DNA of 64,000 nucleotides, taken from NCBI GenBank assembly GCA_013239625.1, contig MU054323.1, positions 15,566,029 to 15,630,028 on the forward strand. The letters run 5' to 3'. Origin of the DNA: Lama guanicoe. Lineage: Eukaryota. Under the pieces are notes generated by a model. The model searched no databases. It was not told where the DNA came from and worked only from the letters and a program-made list of their open reading frames with translations. This document shows positions 23,551 to 37,319 of the stretch, piece by piece (position 1 is the first letter of the stretch; every line of letters starts with the position of its first letter). The translations under genes and the position numbers were made by a program.

Positions 23551-23631
23551 CTGTTTCTCTCCACCTGAATTTCCAAAGGTGTGGCGGAGGCCATTCTGAA
23601 TGACATTTGAGATCCCTTCCATGCTGAAGCG
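23551..23631 (-). CDS. FEZ2: FEZ2 81-nt cassette exon (long isoform)
   Basis: Acceptor ttgctgcctttag| and donor CAG|gtgctc; symmetric phase 0-0. Encodes RFSMEGISNVIQNGLRHTFGNSGGEKQ, homologous to the FEZ1 segment RFSMEGISN...KQ. Confidence 0.92.
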
Positions 23632-24672
23632 CTAAAGGCAGCAATATACGGCCCGGAAGAAAAGGACAGAGAAAGAAGTTCAGAGACTATTAGTAAGAAT
23701 GTACCATGATGACTTATGTGCCCAAGAGGCGAGCAGTTAGAAAATGCCACTACTCATTCAGATAAAGCAGACAACATCATGCTGTTTTCAAATGCTTTGG
23801 CTTCCATTTCTTTGCAAGTCAAATGCAAAGGCAACTACTTTTATGCTACTATATTCATGAGGATCTTTCCTGATGTAGCTGATAAATCTGCCCCATCGTA
23901 AACACTGTAAGTTGTACACATGCTTGTTTTATGCAACATTTACCACATACACTTTAAGATACCTTTTGATATTGTTTACCTACATTTTTTCAAGTCTGAA
24001 AACTTTACACTAACAGGATGCATATTTTCAGTCTAAGTTTGCATATTTCTACTAGAAGTTTAGAGAACATTAACATCACATTTGGCAAATGAAAGTGCTG
24101 TTACTCGGAGAGCTGAAGACTGCTTCCCACTTGCTCTCCAGGCCACCTGCCATCGCCGTGGTGCAGATGCGAACTGGAGAGCACAGATGCCTCCTGGAGA
24201 GCAGACTGGACCCCGTGTGCCAGCGAGGCCCCCCAAGACTTCTGCAGACTTTGCCATTCTGTCTCTAGGAAACAATTCTCGCTTCCTTCTCCCAGCAACC
24301 TCCAAGACTTCCTAGAATTCATCGCACTGGAAAGGGTGTATTGTTCTCCTACACTCCTCAGTTTGACTTGTACCCAGTCTACGACGTCATCAGACAGTGA
24401 AGAGAGGCCAGTGGCACCTCTGTGGCTGCTGAGTCAAAGGACCTGGACAGATCCTCTTACAGCATGACTAGTCAAGCGCCAGGGCATTCTGAAAAGGAAG
24501 TTCAGTCCTGATTCACAGGATGGTTCCTTCCCCGGGAATTTTATAGGGGTGGTTTGAATCAGCAAACATATTGAAGGAGTCAACATAAAGAATAGTTTAC
24601 CAGCCCCTAAGGAACAGAAAAGAGGAAACCAAGGTGATGGTCTCTGCCCTCAAGAAATGCATAGTTTTTAGC

Positions 24673-25185
24673 CCAGTAATTCTCAAAGCTTCATCCAGGA
24701 CCAACACCCTACTCTCTGACTCCACCCCAGGCAGTCTCTGAAACCCTTTCAGAGGTCCATAAGCTCAAAATTATTTTCTTAGAAGTACTAAGACATCATT
24801 TGCCTTTTTCACTCTTGTTCTCTCATGAATCAAGATGCAATATTCCAAATGAAAGACTGGATGTAGAAACAGATTTGAGAATCCAGCCGTCTTTGATTAA
24901 GTCAGATACTAGCTAAACTGACAAAAATGCATAGCAATGCCATTTTTCTCAACTTTTTTACATTGTTATTTCTCAGAAAAAATAAGCTATTGATGTAAGC
25001 ATTAATGAATTCCTTCTTGGTATTTTTAAATGAGTTAATATGGTAAAATTTTCAGTTTTAACTTCTACTACAGTAAAAAAAAAAAAAAAAAAAAACAATA
25101 TACCAGAAATAAACTAAAGCTCTGTGGAGTCTTCAATAAATTTTAAGAGTATAAAGAACTCCACATAACAAAAAGCTAAGAGACA
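24673..25185 (+). mobile_element. MER119-like hAT-Charlie DNA transposon
   Basis: accctttcagaggtccataagctcaaaattattttc..tactaagacatcatttgcctttttcactct..gagaatccagccgtc..attaagtcaga matches recalled MER119. Confidence 0.65.
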
Positions 25186-28100
25186 TAAAAAGGTCTAATC
25201 TTTGAAGGAGCTAAATGCCTCTCTCTCAGTCACATACTCAAGAGTGTCACTGAAAATTCGAGTACCAAATTTCACCATCTTGCGGGAGCCTGCACAACTA
25301 CATCTCTCCTCCTGAGTCACTTTTCTCCCCAGCCAGCCCCTCTCAGATCTGCAGTCCATTTTGTTTGAGCAAGAATCAGATGTCTGGTCAAGACATCTCC
25401 ACTAAATGCTACACTGTGCTAGCAGCATAACTCACTACTTTTGATGAAGTAGACTAGTTTTAAAAGAAAACCTACAGATAACCATTTTTGTACATTTTCC
25501 CCATGCTATCATCATATAGTTTGTTCACATTTTTTAAACAGATTATCAAAAGAAATGACTTCTTAGGCTCCAGTGTCTGCAATAAAACTTATGGGAAACT
25601 CTTTTCAAATAGACAGGTCAGTACTTTAAAAAAAGAAAAATATGTCTATCAAATGTTATTTCCTTTCAAAAGCAACATGGAGAAAAATACTTAATTTTCT
25701 CTACTATTTCACTCCATTATCTACAGGCATGTTAAAGCCAGATATAAATTCAGAAAAATCTCAAGCAAGGTGAGACATTCTAGAATCCACATCTCACAAA
25801 ACTAAGGCATACTTCTATTTGAACAGTGTAATCTAAAAACTCCATCTTTACCTGCCCAACTGGAGCCCTAACTCCTGACCCTGGCGGGGGGGGGGGGAAG
25901 TTTACACAAACTTCTAAATTCTTAAGCTATGTATGTAATTTAAGTTTTGCTATTAAATGTCCAGTTATGGACATTACTGAACCAATTTCAGTGGCCACTA
26001 GCCTGACTACTTGTGAAAGATGACGTTCATGCAACCTAGCTTAGTGGAAATAAATTAAAATGCAATCACGTGAAACCACAGTAACTCAGGTAAATACACA
26101 ACTCACGGCTGAAACTGGGGAAAGAAGTTAAGCACAGGAACTCCCTATAGAACCTCTGCCCTTGTGGCTGACGGCAGCTGAGTCGGTAGCCATGGCCAAC
26201 CAGGCCCCACTGCAACGTGACCAGGCAAGCAACGTGGCAGCCAGTAGGGCCTCACTGGGAAAATGACAGAACAAGAAAAACCAGAAGGTCCACGGGAAAT
26301 GAAAGAAACCAACTAAGAGTTCCCGCTGAGAACATCCCACCACCATAGATAGAACTATCTGGTTGCCGTCAACTCCCCCCTGCCCAGGAATCACACAGGA
26401 ACAATTCTCTCCCTTTACCGCGTGTTCGAACTCCTCCTCTCTGCCAGCTCTTCCCCACACTGTCAGCTCTAAATTTTCAAAACTTCGACCTATCTCCTTC
26501 CCCAGGGTTTCCGGAAACAGCTCCTACCAGCATCATTTCTTTGAGGCTGAGGTCAGCAGACACTTTTCAGATCCCTCTGAGACATCCGCTAAGCTCTCCT
26601 CCCTGCACCGCCTCCCTGGATTCCTAGATGCCACACTCTCCCAGAGTTCCCCTGCCTCTGGGTTGCTTCTTCCTGGAGGTGCCTCCTTCTTTGCTCACCT
26701 CTTATATGTGGTGTTTCCCCAGGACTGTGTCCCTACTTTTTTCTCATGCACACGTTCTGAACCACTCCACAGTTTCAACTTCTGCCTCTGCAGACCTATG
26801 GCTCCACTTTACTAAGAGCAGTGAAGTGCTTAGGACATGCCTTGCACAAAGGAAGGGCTGAGGAAACATTAGCTACCTTTACTATAATGTGCCTCCTGAG
26901 CTTCAGACTTGTGATGTTTGGCCTATTGGACACCTGTACTTAAACATTCCTAAAACTCATCACAGACAAGACTGAATTCATCTTCCTCTCCCCCACCAAA
27001 ATTTGGGGGGGAAAAAAAGAGCCTGTTTCTCCTTCAGCATTCTGTACATATTTCATTTATTCATTCTTTCAAAAAATACACTGAGCCACACATTATTCCT
27101 GGTATCAAGGATTCAAAGTAACACATTAGCCAAGGCCCCTCCCACCCTCATGACCTGACATTCCGGGGTAAGAGGAGCAGAAAAAGTAAAACAAGTAAAG
27201 GAACTAGATAATTGCAAGTGACGCACGCCCCGCTGAGAGCTACGACAATTAAGAGCTGGACGCCTACTTTGTATCGGGATGTCAGGGAAAAGTTCTCCTG
27301 GGAGGTGACATCGGAGCTGAAACGTGAACCATACACCCTCCCAGATGAGCTACAAAAGACAATGGACAAGAGACTGTCTCAGAACAAACCCCAAAGCAGC
27401 CAAACTGGCCAACCAGGGAGTTCATCCTGCAGCCAGTGCGCAGGGGTCCTGTTACTGTCCTCCAGCCGGATATAGCTACTGAGTACTTCCATTCTCCCGT
27501 CCTTCCAGGAAGAAGTTTTCATTGCAGCGGCCCAGTTCTGTCTCCATCTTTGCATGCCGGATGTGCTGGAAGGGGAGGCCTACCCTTGGTACTGGAAGGA
27601 GCAACATCATCCCGAGCTGATGGGAAGGACAGACATCCCTAAAGACGCTGTGCTTGCTGCTACATGCACTGACTGTCGATGACACTTGCACGTCTCCTTT
27701 CGGAAGGGGTACGTGGGTTCTATCTATGCTTGCCCAAAAGCAGAAATAAATGACCCGACCCAGGCTCCTCCCTCCCCCAGCTCCCCAAGCAACAGATTCA
27801 ACAGCCTCAGTGTCTCTGAAATTCAGCTGCTTTCCCATAGCTGTCACTTCCCTGGCTCATTTCTTACGTGACAACAGCAACAGCCTCTGAATCAGCTCCT
27901 TATCTCTGGTTGTCTCCTTCCAATTAGTTCTCCTTGAAACACTGAAGCTACCCTTCCAAAAGACAAGTCTGAACACGTGACCTGCCCCTTCAAACCTCTT
28001 GGTTTCCTACAGCCTTTAAATAAATACCAAATGCCTTAGCATGGCATACAAAGCTCCCCACTTCCTGGCTTGCACTTTGCTACTCCACATACTCCTGGCG

Positions 28101-28360
28101 TCCTTCCTTCATCAACTTTAGCCACAGTGAACAATCCGCAGTTCCCCAGATGTCCCTGCCACCGCCAGGTGGATGCCCACACCACCCCGTCTGCTGTCCC
28201 CTCCCCTTCCTCTTCCTGTCCTTAGGAGTCAACTCAGACCCCTGAACCAAACTAGGGCTCAGAGTAATGCACACACCCCTCTGCCACGGGACGGTACCAG
28301 GCACAGAAAACACTAAAAACGTGGTAGCTGTTTTGAATATAGCTATTATCACCCTGTCCC

Positions 28361-28587
28361 TTGGCTTCCCAGCCTTGACACTGCTGACGTTGGGGCCAGA
28401 TATGTAATTCCTTGTTTTGGGGGCAGGCCTGTGAATTGCAGGATGTTGAACGGCATCTCCAGCCTCTTGTCAGCAGGATGCCAGTGATACCGCCCCCCAC
28501 CCCTCCAAGTTGTGACAGTGACAAACATTTCCAGGCATTGCCTAATGTCTCCTGGGGAGCAAAACTGCTCTGCATAAGAATCAGCAC
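28361..28587. mobile_element. MER20 hAT-Charlie DNA transposon
   Basis: gacactgctgacgttggggccagat..gcaggatgtt..ggcatctcc..gatgccag..gttgtgaca..cattgcctaatgtctcctggggagcaaaa is a near-full-length match to recalled MER20. Confidence 0.85.
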
Positions 28588-28744
28588 ACGTGCGTTGGAT
28601 GGTTTGTTGGCGGATCCCCAGCCCACAGGGGGCCCGGCCACCAGAGGCTAAGATTTACTCTGCACCCTAACACTCACAACTCGTACATAATTAAAGACCA
28701 GTATGTCTGTCCAATAGTACTAAGTGAAAAGAAAAGGTTTTCTT

Positions 28745-29225
28745 AATATGCAACATGGATGGACTTTGAAGGCATTATGCTACACGAAACAAGTCAGGCA
28801 GAGAAACACATACTGTATGATCTCATTTATATGTAGAATCTTTAAAAAAACAAAAAAAAACCCTAATCTCATAGAAAGAGATCAGACTTGTGGTTACCAG
28901 AGGTGGAGGGAAGAGGGAGAGGGAAGGTGGTCAACAGGTACAAACTTCCAGCAATAAAATAAATCAGCACTAGTGATGTAACGTACAACATGATGATTTT
29001 CGTCGACAACGACAGGTACGTGAGCATTAACCCTAGCAGTTCTCATCACAAGAACTTTCTTCTTTTCTTCTTTTTTTATTTATATCTATATGAGGAGATG
29101 GATGTCAACTGATCTTTCTGTGGTAATCATTTCACCATACACATAAATCAAACCATCATGCTGTACACCTTCAACTTTAAGGTGATGTATGGCAATTACT
29201 TCTCAATAAATCTGGGGGGAAAAAA
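28745..29225 (+). mobile_element. L1 3' end (L1MA-type), 5'-truncated
   Basis: gcaacatggatggactttgaaggcattatgcta..agtcaggcagagaaa..tactgtatgatctcatttatatg through tctcaataaa and an A tail. Confidence 0.85.
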
Positions 29226-31419
29226 GATTGTTTGAAGTGGGGGTGAGGCACAAGATCTAAAGGAAAACAGCACAGAAAGAAAAAAGAAAGTTTTGGTTCG
29301 GTTTCTTTTTCACAAACCCAACTCCATCTCGAGATCGTTCAGGAGAGGTAAACGTCAGACATTTGGTTTGTGTGCCCACGCGGGAGGCACTTGGTCCACA
29401 GTCACTGGCTTCCACTGCAAAATTCTTCAGCAACTACTCCCCGTACCAGAGAAATACTACCTGGTGTTTTTTGTTTTTTTTTTTTAATGAAACTGGGAAT
29501 CACACCTTAGTCAAAGTACTTGGAATTGGAAAAAATTTCAACAGTCAACTTGGACAGAAAAATGCTGGACTAGAAATCAGAAACCTGGCTCCTCGCCCAG
29601 CTTTGCCACTAGCTGTGTGACATGACAGCGGTCCCAGAACCTGCAGAGGCCGTTTCCTCACCTGTGAGACCCGTGACTAAATGATGTCATCTTTAAAGGT
29701 CTTCCTATTTGCAAACTCTATGAATCCATAAATTAACTCCACCAAGAAGGTCATTATTTTTAAAGAACGCCAATCAAAACCATACCCACACGCGCATGCG
29801 TGTGCGCACACATACACGGGCATGCACAAAGAACAGCACGGGACTGAACGGTCACCCACGGCTGTGATGTAAGACTCCACGATGACGAAATTGCCCAGCC
29901 AGATGGCACATTCAGAGCCAGGGGCTTCATTTTCTTCTGAGGACATAAGCACACTTTGAGGAGAAAGACTAGGTCTCAGTCTCTCCATCCCGGTGACCCA
30001 CGCGGTGCCCGCGTCACAGCAGGCATCCGGAAACGCCTGCGAAGCCAAAGCTGTAACACACCCAAGACCTGTCTTAGAGCCTGTGATGACCGTATCAGGA
30101 GGCCTCTTGACTTCCCGCAGGAAGAGAAACTTTTTCAGAAAAGCTAAGAGGAAAAAATAATCTGAGGGTGAAAAGAGGAAAGATGACAAGATGTAAAGTT
30201 ACTTGTCAAAGGGGTGAACGACGGAGTTCTGGAACAGTCTACTGAAGAACCTAGTGTGGGAAGTCAACATGAGATGAATAAACTAAGATAAAATTGTCTT
30301 ATTGACATGGTTTATAAACCGGTGGAGTGACTAAGGTAAATAAAACCCCGAGGATAATAAAAGAGCAGCAAGTAGAAGATTAATGAGCAAGAAGGATCAG
30401 GGAATGAGAAGGCTACCAGCAAGTCGAGGAAGAAACAGGAAAGAGCTCTGCAGAGCACGACACAGACCCTGCCTTCCACCTGCCCTGTGAATTCCAAGAA
30501 CAACACCCCCTCCCTCTTGGAAGGCAAAATGAATCTGAAAAAGATAATAACCTCAGAGGCAGATGAAATGTACATTTCAGTCAATGTCACCTCAGTTAGA
30601 AACACTACATCCATATCATTGAGCACAGATGCGGTGTTATTAGGTGCTTATGGTACTCATCAGGACCAGAGGGGGGACTTTCTCTCCGCCTAAATTTCAC
30701 AAGTAGGGTAAGAGAGTGGGAACGGGATTGGGGGAAGGAGGACGAGAAATGGAAGGAGGGAAGAAGAGAGGCATTTCCTTGTTGAACGTTTCTCAAGGTG
30801 GAAGTGCCACGGCCACGTCAAAGCACTGACAGCCGTTAAGTCTCAAGGTTATGAATGCTCGATGAAACGAAAGACATTCAAGTAAAGGGTTGTTACAGTT
30901 TAATTAAAACAAACGACAGCAATATTAAGTATGTCGGGAAGCCCAATCACGCCTCCATGTAACCCACCATTTCCAAATTTGAAGTAAAGGACCCCAACAT
31001 TCAAATTCAAAGTGAAGGGCTCGAGAAGGTTCTGTGAGTCTAAAGTTATTTTGCAATCTATCCACCACATCTTTATGAAGGAGTTAACAGCTCTATAAAA
31101 CGCCCTTCTCAGAATGGAATTTTTGATGGGAGCCCATTTATAAGCAGGAAAATGATTAAGCATTACAGTATTCACTTTATTGTTCCCTCCACTGCTGATC
31201 AAGTGCCAAAGTCACACGGCAAGGCTGGGGTTTACTCAGGTCAGGGCCTCAGTCACTGGGTTTATGCAGAGCATACTCACAACTGCCTCACGACCATTTC
31301 CTTCCCCAGAGTGAGTCCGTATAAAAGGTCTCCAAGTCATCATTCTCTGGAAGTTTTTCTCAGACAAAACCAGGATCAACAAAGTGTAAACAAGATAAAA
31401 GAATTTCTTTTTATCTATA

Positions 31420-32205
31420 AAAATCAAATCAAAACTACGATGAGGTATCACCACACACCAGTCAGTATGGCCATCATCCCAAAGTTCAAACAATAAATGC
31501 TGGAGAGGGTGTGGAGAAAAGGAACCCTCCTACACTGTTGGTGGAAATGTAATTTGGTGCAACCATTAGGGAAAACAGTACAGAGGTTCCTTAAAAACTA
31601 AAAATAGGTTTACCATATGACCCTGCAATCCCTCTCCTGGGCATATACCTGGAGAAAGCTATCATTCAAAAAGATACATGCACCCCAGTGTTCATAGCAG
31701 CACCATATACAATAGCCAGGACATGGAAACAACCTAAATATTCATCAATAGATGACTGGATAAAGAAGATGTGGTATATATATACAATGGAATACTACTC
31801 GGCCACAAAAAAGAAGTAATGCCATTTGCAGTAACATGGATGGACTTAGAGATTATCACACTAAGCGAAGCCAGTCAGAGAGAGAAGGACAAATATCATA
31901 TGCTATCAGTTATGTGTGGAATCTAAAAATGAGACAAATAAACTTGTAAAACAGAAAGGAACTCACAGACATAGAAACAAACTTAACGGTTACCAAAAAG
32001 GAGTTTGGGATTAACAGATACTAATTACTATCTATAAAATAGGTAAACAACAGGTCCTACTGTATAGCACAGGGAACTATATTCAATACCTTGAAATAAC
32101 CTATAATGAAAAGAATATGAAAAAGAATACATATGTATAACTGAATCACCATGCTGTACACCAGAAACTAACATTGTAAATCAACTACACTTCAATTAAA
32201 AAAAG
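31420..32205 (+). mobile_element. L1 3' end with ORF2 C-terminal remnant (artiodactyl/camelid type)
   Basis: Translation QIKTTMRYHHTPVSMAII resembles L1 ORF2 QIKTTMRYHLTPVRMAII. 3'UTR motif ctgtatagcacagggaactatattcaata; ends tacacttcaattaaaaaaa. Confidence 0.92.
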
Positions 32206-32364
32206 TAATTTTTAGAACTGAAAGAAGACAAAGAAGTGAGCTGAGCCCCCAGGCCCATCCACAGCACACCTGCACAGCTCAGAGCCAGAGAACACAAGCC
32301 ACGGGCCCTCACACCCACCTCTGTACTCCCTCACTGCTCTGCACGCTGGTTCTGTGCACTGAGG

Positions 32365-32495
32365 CCTCTGCTGAGCTTTAGTTACCCACTTACGAAATGG
32401 CAGTAATAGTATCTACGTTACAGGGCTGTTGTGGGGATTAAATGAACTAATCCATGGGAAGCACTTACCAAAGTGTTGGGCAGACATAAACGCCA
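32365..32495 (+). mobile_element. MIR fragment
   Basis: aaatggcagtaatagtatctacgttacagggctgttgtggggattaaatga. Confidence 0.7.
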
Positions 32496-34537
32496 AAAAG
32501 CATCTACGCCGTACTCCTTTCAAAGGGCTAAAAGAAAATTTGGGACCTAACTCCCAGAGAGAAGGAATCATACCTTTCTACTTTTCTCTCCAACAGTAAG
32601 CAATAGTGTTTCAAGTTCTCCTCACATAAGTTAAATGGCAACGGAGAAATAATCACCCTGATTATAGTCTCCAGCTTAAGGACAGACACCACTCTCTGAG
32701 ACTGAATTTAGAAATCAAAAAGAAAACTTGAACAGAAAACAAGTAACGTTTTTAGGTAATTCAAGGTCTTTCTGAACAACAAAGAGAGCTAGAAAACACT
32801 ATGTAAACTGAAAAGCAACACAGAGTGAGATACAGTGTTGTAGCCTGTCTGTTCTTTTCTAGAGTCCAAAACATAGCAACTCATTCTCTGCACAGCTCAG
32901 TTAATTTCACACAAAGCAGGATCCACGACAGGAAAGCCAAATGAACGTGGAGGTAAGGAAATTCAGACTATTCCTGCCACCAAACTTTTACTAAGAGAAA
33001 AGAGGCTGAGGCCTCATCTGACGCCCAGTGGCACAGATCTCTAACTAGCCAGGAAATCTTAAAAATCTCAGTATCAAAGCTCAATATCAGAAAAAAAAGA
33101 TTAGGAGAAGCAATTAGAAAATGCTTTTCATCTATTTCTGACTCTTGTTCTAATCTATATTCTGACTCCATTAATATTCTTTATGCTCAGAGTTTCAAAA
33201 GAAAGTGAAATTCAAACATAATTATTGTTCTTTATAAATCACATCATTTTAAACACTGTGAATGACATGGTTTTCAAATATTAATTTATAGAACAGTAGT
33301 TATATAATTTTTAAATTAAAATTCTTAAAATAATCAAAATACAAAACATGAGAAAAACAGAATTAAAAGCAATAGTTCAATGTAAGAAAAAGTAAAAATA
33401 TTCAAATAAGTATTAAGCTATTACTTACGATGTAAAAATTGATCTTGTTTTGACACTTCCTCAAATCAGATAATTTTAATATGAATTATAATGCAGTTAT
33501 AAATGCAAATTCTCCCCAAAAATATAAAAAACAAAACAGACACAAGTAATTTAGAAAATACAAATTATACCAAAGCAGATAAATATCTGAACATGTCTTG
33601 AATATTAAACTATTATTTTATAAATTGACTTTCAGAGCAGAAAGATGTGATAAAGATTTTCAAAGTTAGGCATTCAATGGAATGGCATCAATTTAACTTT
33701 TTGTATCTGAAGATCTTTTTAAAATTTTATGTAATTTAATCTTAATATGGTAATTAAGTATTGGCAAACATTTTCAAAGTTACTAAAACTAGAGTAAAAC
33801 AATTAACCTGGCAATTTTATAAATTCTTTCCTGATTTTTATGGATGCTCTAAACTAAGTATATAATAGGATCACAATTTCCTGGCATACCATGGCTTGTA
33901 CGTGACTTTTACATTATACTTACAAACCATTAACAAACCTCTCCAAGACATAAAGGAATCAGGAACAGACTCCTAATTTTTACTACAGTAACTGCTACCT
34001 GGTGATTTCTCTGAGCAATACTATCTTTCATAAAACAAACCTGTTCCACATCTAAAATAATTCATAATTCATAGGTGTGACTTACTAAAATAAACAGGAC
34101 ACATCTAAGTTCCTCTCCACCCTACCAGGACCCTCCATTTTATGGCCCTTAAACTAACTTTTAGGAATGTTCTTTGCCATAAAGAAATGCAGAGAAATAC
34201 TATAAATACTACCAACAAGTAACTGTTGAAAATGTGTTAATACATTAGAGTATGTGTATGGAGGGCAGACTTCATCCTCTCAAGTACCACTACTTAGAAA
34301 AGGAAGGGAAACTGCCCCTTTTCCACTTCTGCTCTACCTTCTTTAAACTACCTTTTATCACTGTGCATACGGTGTGCCTGGAGGACTGCCAACATTCTTA
34401 TTTCTTTCCATTTGTCCCCCAATCTGGAGACAACTGGTCTACCTGCTGGCTCTCTTCGCTTAGCTACTGGGAACCTGACACACATAGCACAAAGGTCTGC
34501 TGCAAGGCAGGGTGCCTGCACAAGTGGCTCGTAGACC

Positions 34538-34567
34538 GGGGGGGGGGGGGGGGGGAGGGGGGGGGGG
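34538..34567 (+). repeat. G18-A-G11 homopolymer tract
   Basis: Direct count. Confidence 0.9.
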
Positions 34568-34750
34568 CATCGCCATCTGCAGGCATAACTTGGGCTGCTG
34601 GAGGGGCCTCGAGGAACCGAGTAAAACACACTCTTAGGGTTAAACAAGACTAGTTTTATAAGAAATTTCAGACAAAATATAGTGATCTTTTTATTTACAC
34701 AAACTCACTTAAATGGAGTGTATATCTTTTTATCAAATTTTAGTCTAAAT

Positions 34751-34974
34751 CAGGAGTTGGCAAACTTTTTCTCTAAACGGCCAGACAGTAAATATTTCAG
34801 GTTTGCAGGCCACATAGTTTCTGTCACCACTATTCAGCTCTGTCCTTGTAACACCAAAGCAGTCACTGACCACACGTAAATGAAATGATGCAGCTGTGTT
34901 CCAATAAAACTTTATTTATAAAACAGGCAGGGTCCATCTGGCCCTCAGACAGTAGTCTGCCTCGCCAATCCCTG
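34751..34974. mobile_element. MER58A hAT-Charlie MITE, full length
   Basis: Termini caggagttggc...gccaatccctg; internal gctgtgttccaataaaactttattta; near-match 8-bp TSD gtctaaat (34743-34750) / ggctaaat (34976-34983). Confidence 0.88.
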
Positions 34975-37319
34975 GGGCTAAATCATCTCAGCAAATGTGA
35001 AATTTAAAAATTCCAAATTAAAAACAAGGGACAACAACAACAAAAGCCAGGTCCATGTTACATTAAAAAGCACCCAATTCAAGTAGCTGTGCCACAATTC
35101 CTTGTAGGCATGTCGTTAGCATAAATTAAAACCACCTCAGAACATCTAACAGTAGCTGTCTAAATAAAAATAAAGCTCTCTTACGTTAAAGTCAGCTTTG
35201 GTCAAGATTAAATGAAAAACCACTACCGGGACATCTTTGCATGTAAAAGAGAAACAGAATAGATTGACTATTAGTCATACAATGAGCTAAGTGAATCATC
35301 AAGACAGAGGAGCAACGCGTCTGTGAAAGAAAAATATATATGAGAAAGTACCCGTCAAGCCCTAGCTCTGCCCAGTCCTTAAGCAGTTCTCTCTCCAGCC
35401 TCCAAAAGTAATGCATTAGGGTAACAGGATCCTCTTCACAGTGGAGTCACTGATTGCCAATATACCAGAAGTTTTCAGAAGAAACTTCTTCAGGCTAGAT
35501 TGACGCAGTTACACAATTTTGTTAGTGGTGAGAGTAACACACTAGAACTCTCTTGAAAGCTCAGTGTGATATGGGAATCTCTAGGATCTCTTGTTGCCAT
35601 CTTCACAATCCTAGACTTCAAATAAGCAATCTTACACATGACCTTTAACTTAAAAACATTACTGGATTCTAAAGGAGGAAGTATGTCCATTTTCATCCTT
35701 ATAAACTTACTAAGGTATGATGCTAGGCAGGTAAACACTAATGTGCTTCATATAACTCCAGATGACAAACCACTACTAAATTAATTTTTTAAAGAAATAA
35801 TTTAAAGATAACTGGTGTTCTTATTTTCACGTCGACTGCCACTGAAATTCAATGACCTATGATTCTATATTTGATATAAACAGAAGCCTGGTCAAAAAAA
35901 AAAAAAATCCCTGCTTGAACAACAATAACTCAAATACCACAAGTCCAGATTCCTGGGGATTCCAGTGAAGTTTCGATTCAACAAACATGCATTAACTGAA
36001 AAACTAGGCGAGGTGTTGGGCAAACAATGTGAATGAGCCTTCGGAAAGGCCGGACTCTTTGCAAGGAGAGACTTAAGCAAATGATTACAACAGAGTATGG
36101 TATCAGAAGTATGTGCACTCTCATAAACAGGGAAAACATCTCAAAGGTAACGTAACAGGCAACTCAAACAGTCATCAGATCAGATCGTTATGTGCCTCTC
36201 AGAGCGACGTATATGAGAAGGCTAATCACATCCATCGTTAAGTTGGGTGTGTGGAGAAACGGCCACTCACGTGTGCTGTTAGGCAGTTACACTTCCGGAG
36301 GACAGTTTGAAAAGATGGCTGTTTAAAATTGCATATTCTTGGACCCCGAAATTCCACTGGTTGTGGTTAATGAGTAGACTATAGTTTCACTAATCAAAGG
36401 AAATATATAAGGAATCAATTCACCTCTAGGAAAATGGTAACTTCAGTCTGATAAGATACACTTCCAATGCCTACAAGATATTCGAGGGGAAGTATAAACA
36501 GCTGGATACATAATAACCAACATTTACTTAGGATACATGCCAGTCTCAAACATACATTATTTCATTTAATCTCCCCAAAACTCAAACAGGTATGTACCCA
36601 GAGGAAGGATCAGGAATCAAACACAGCTCTTAACCCAAAGTTCATCATCAATCTGCTCTCCAGCCTCCACAGGTTTGGCACCTGTCAGAAAGACCGGAGG
36701 TAGAAATACATTTGCAAGGCTGTTTTTTTTTTTTTTACATATTTATTCAGCAGAAATTTACTAAGTACCTAATGTAAAACCTAAGGATACCATGAAAATA
36801 AAGGTACATTTTCCATCCTCAGGGAATGGTAACAGAGAGACATGAAAACAAAAAATTGCAATCCGGTGTGACAGTGCTAACAGAAATGGTTAAGAGGAGT
36901 AAGACTGACCCCAAAAGGAGAGAGCGGTCAATTCTGCTTGAGGGAAGAGTCCTTGAGAAAGCCTCTAAGAAAGGAAGATAAAAGCTTAACCATGATTTTG
37001 AAGAATGAGTTTTTAAAAAATCTCCTAAGTGGACAGGGGAAGCAAAAAAGGAGGGACACCCCAGAAAAAGGCCATGGCATATACAGAAGTACCAAGGCCC
37101 AGGACAGCACAGTCAGGTCAAAGAAATGCACGCAGGTCACCGTACTGATGACAGACAGTGCCCTTCAATCATCCCAGGCTCTACCACCCACCCGTTTCTC
37201 AAGACATTGAACAGGATAAAGGAGATACAAAGTTTTCGTCTGTGTGGAGTCTCATTTCCCAAAGAAAATTCTTCCAACCTCCCCTCCAAACAGAATTGGA
37301 AAGGCACAGGACAGCCTGC

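Noticed and set aside
31152..31496. 114-aa ORF ending in QIKTTMRYHHTP
   Set aside because: A chance ORF running into a dead L1 ORF2 fragment that then hits a frameshift and stop.
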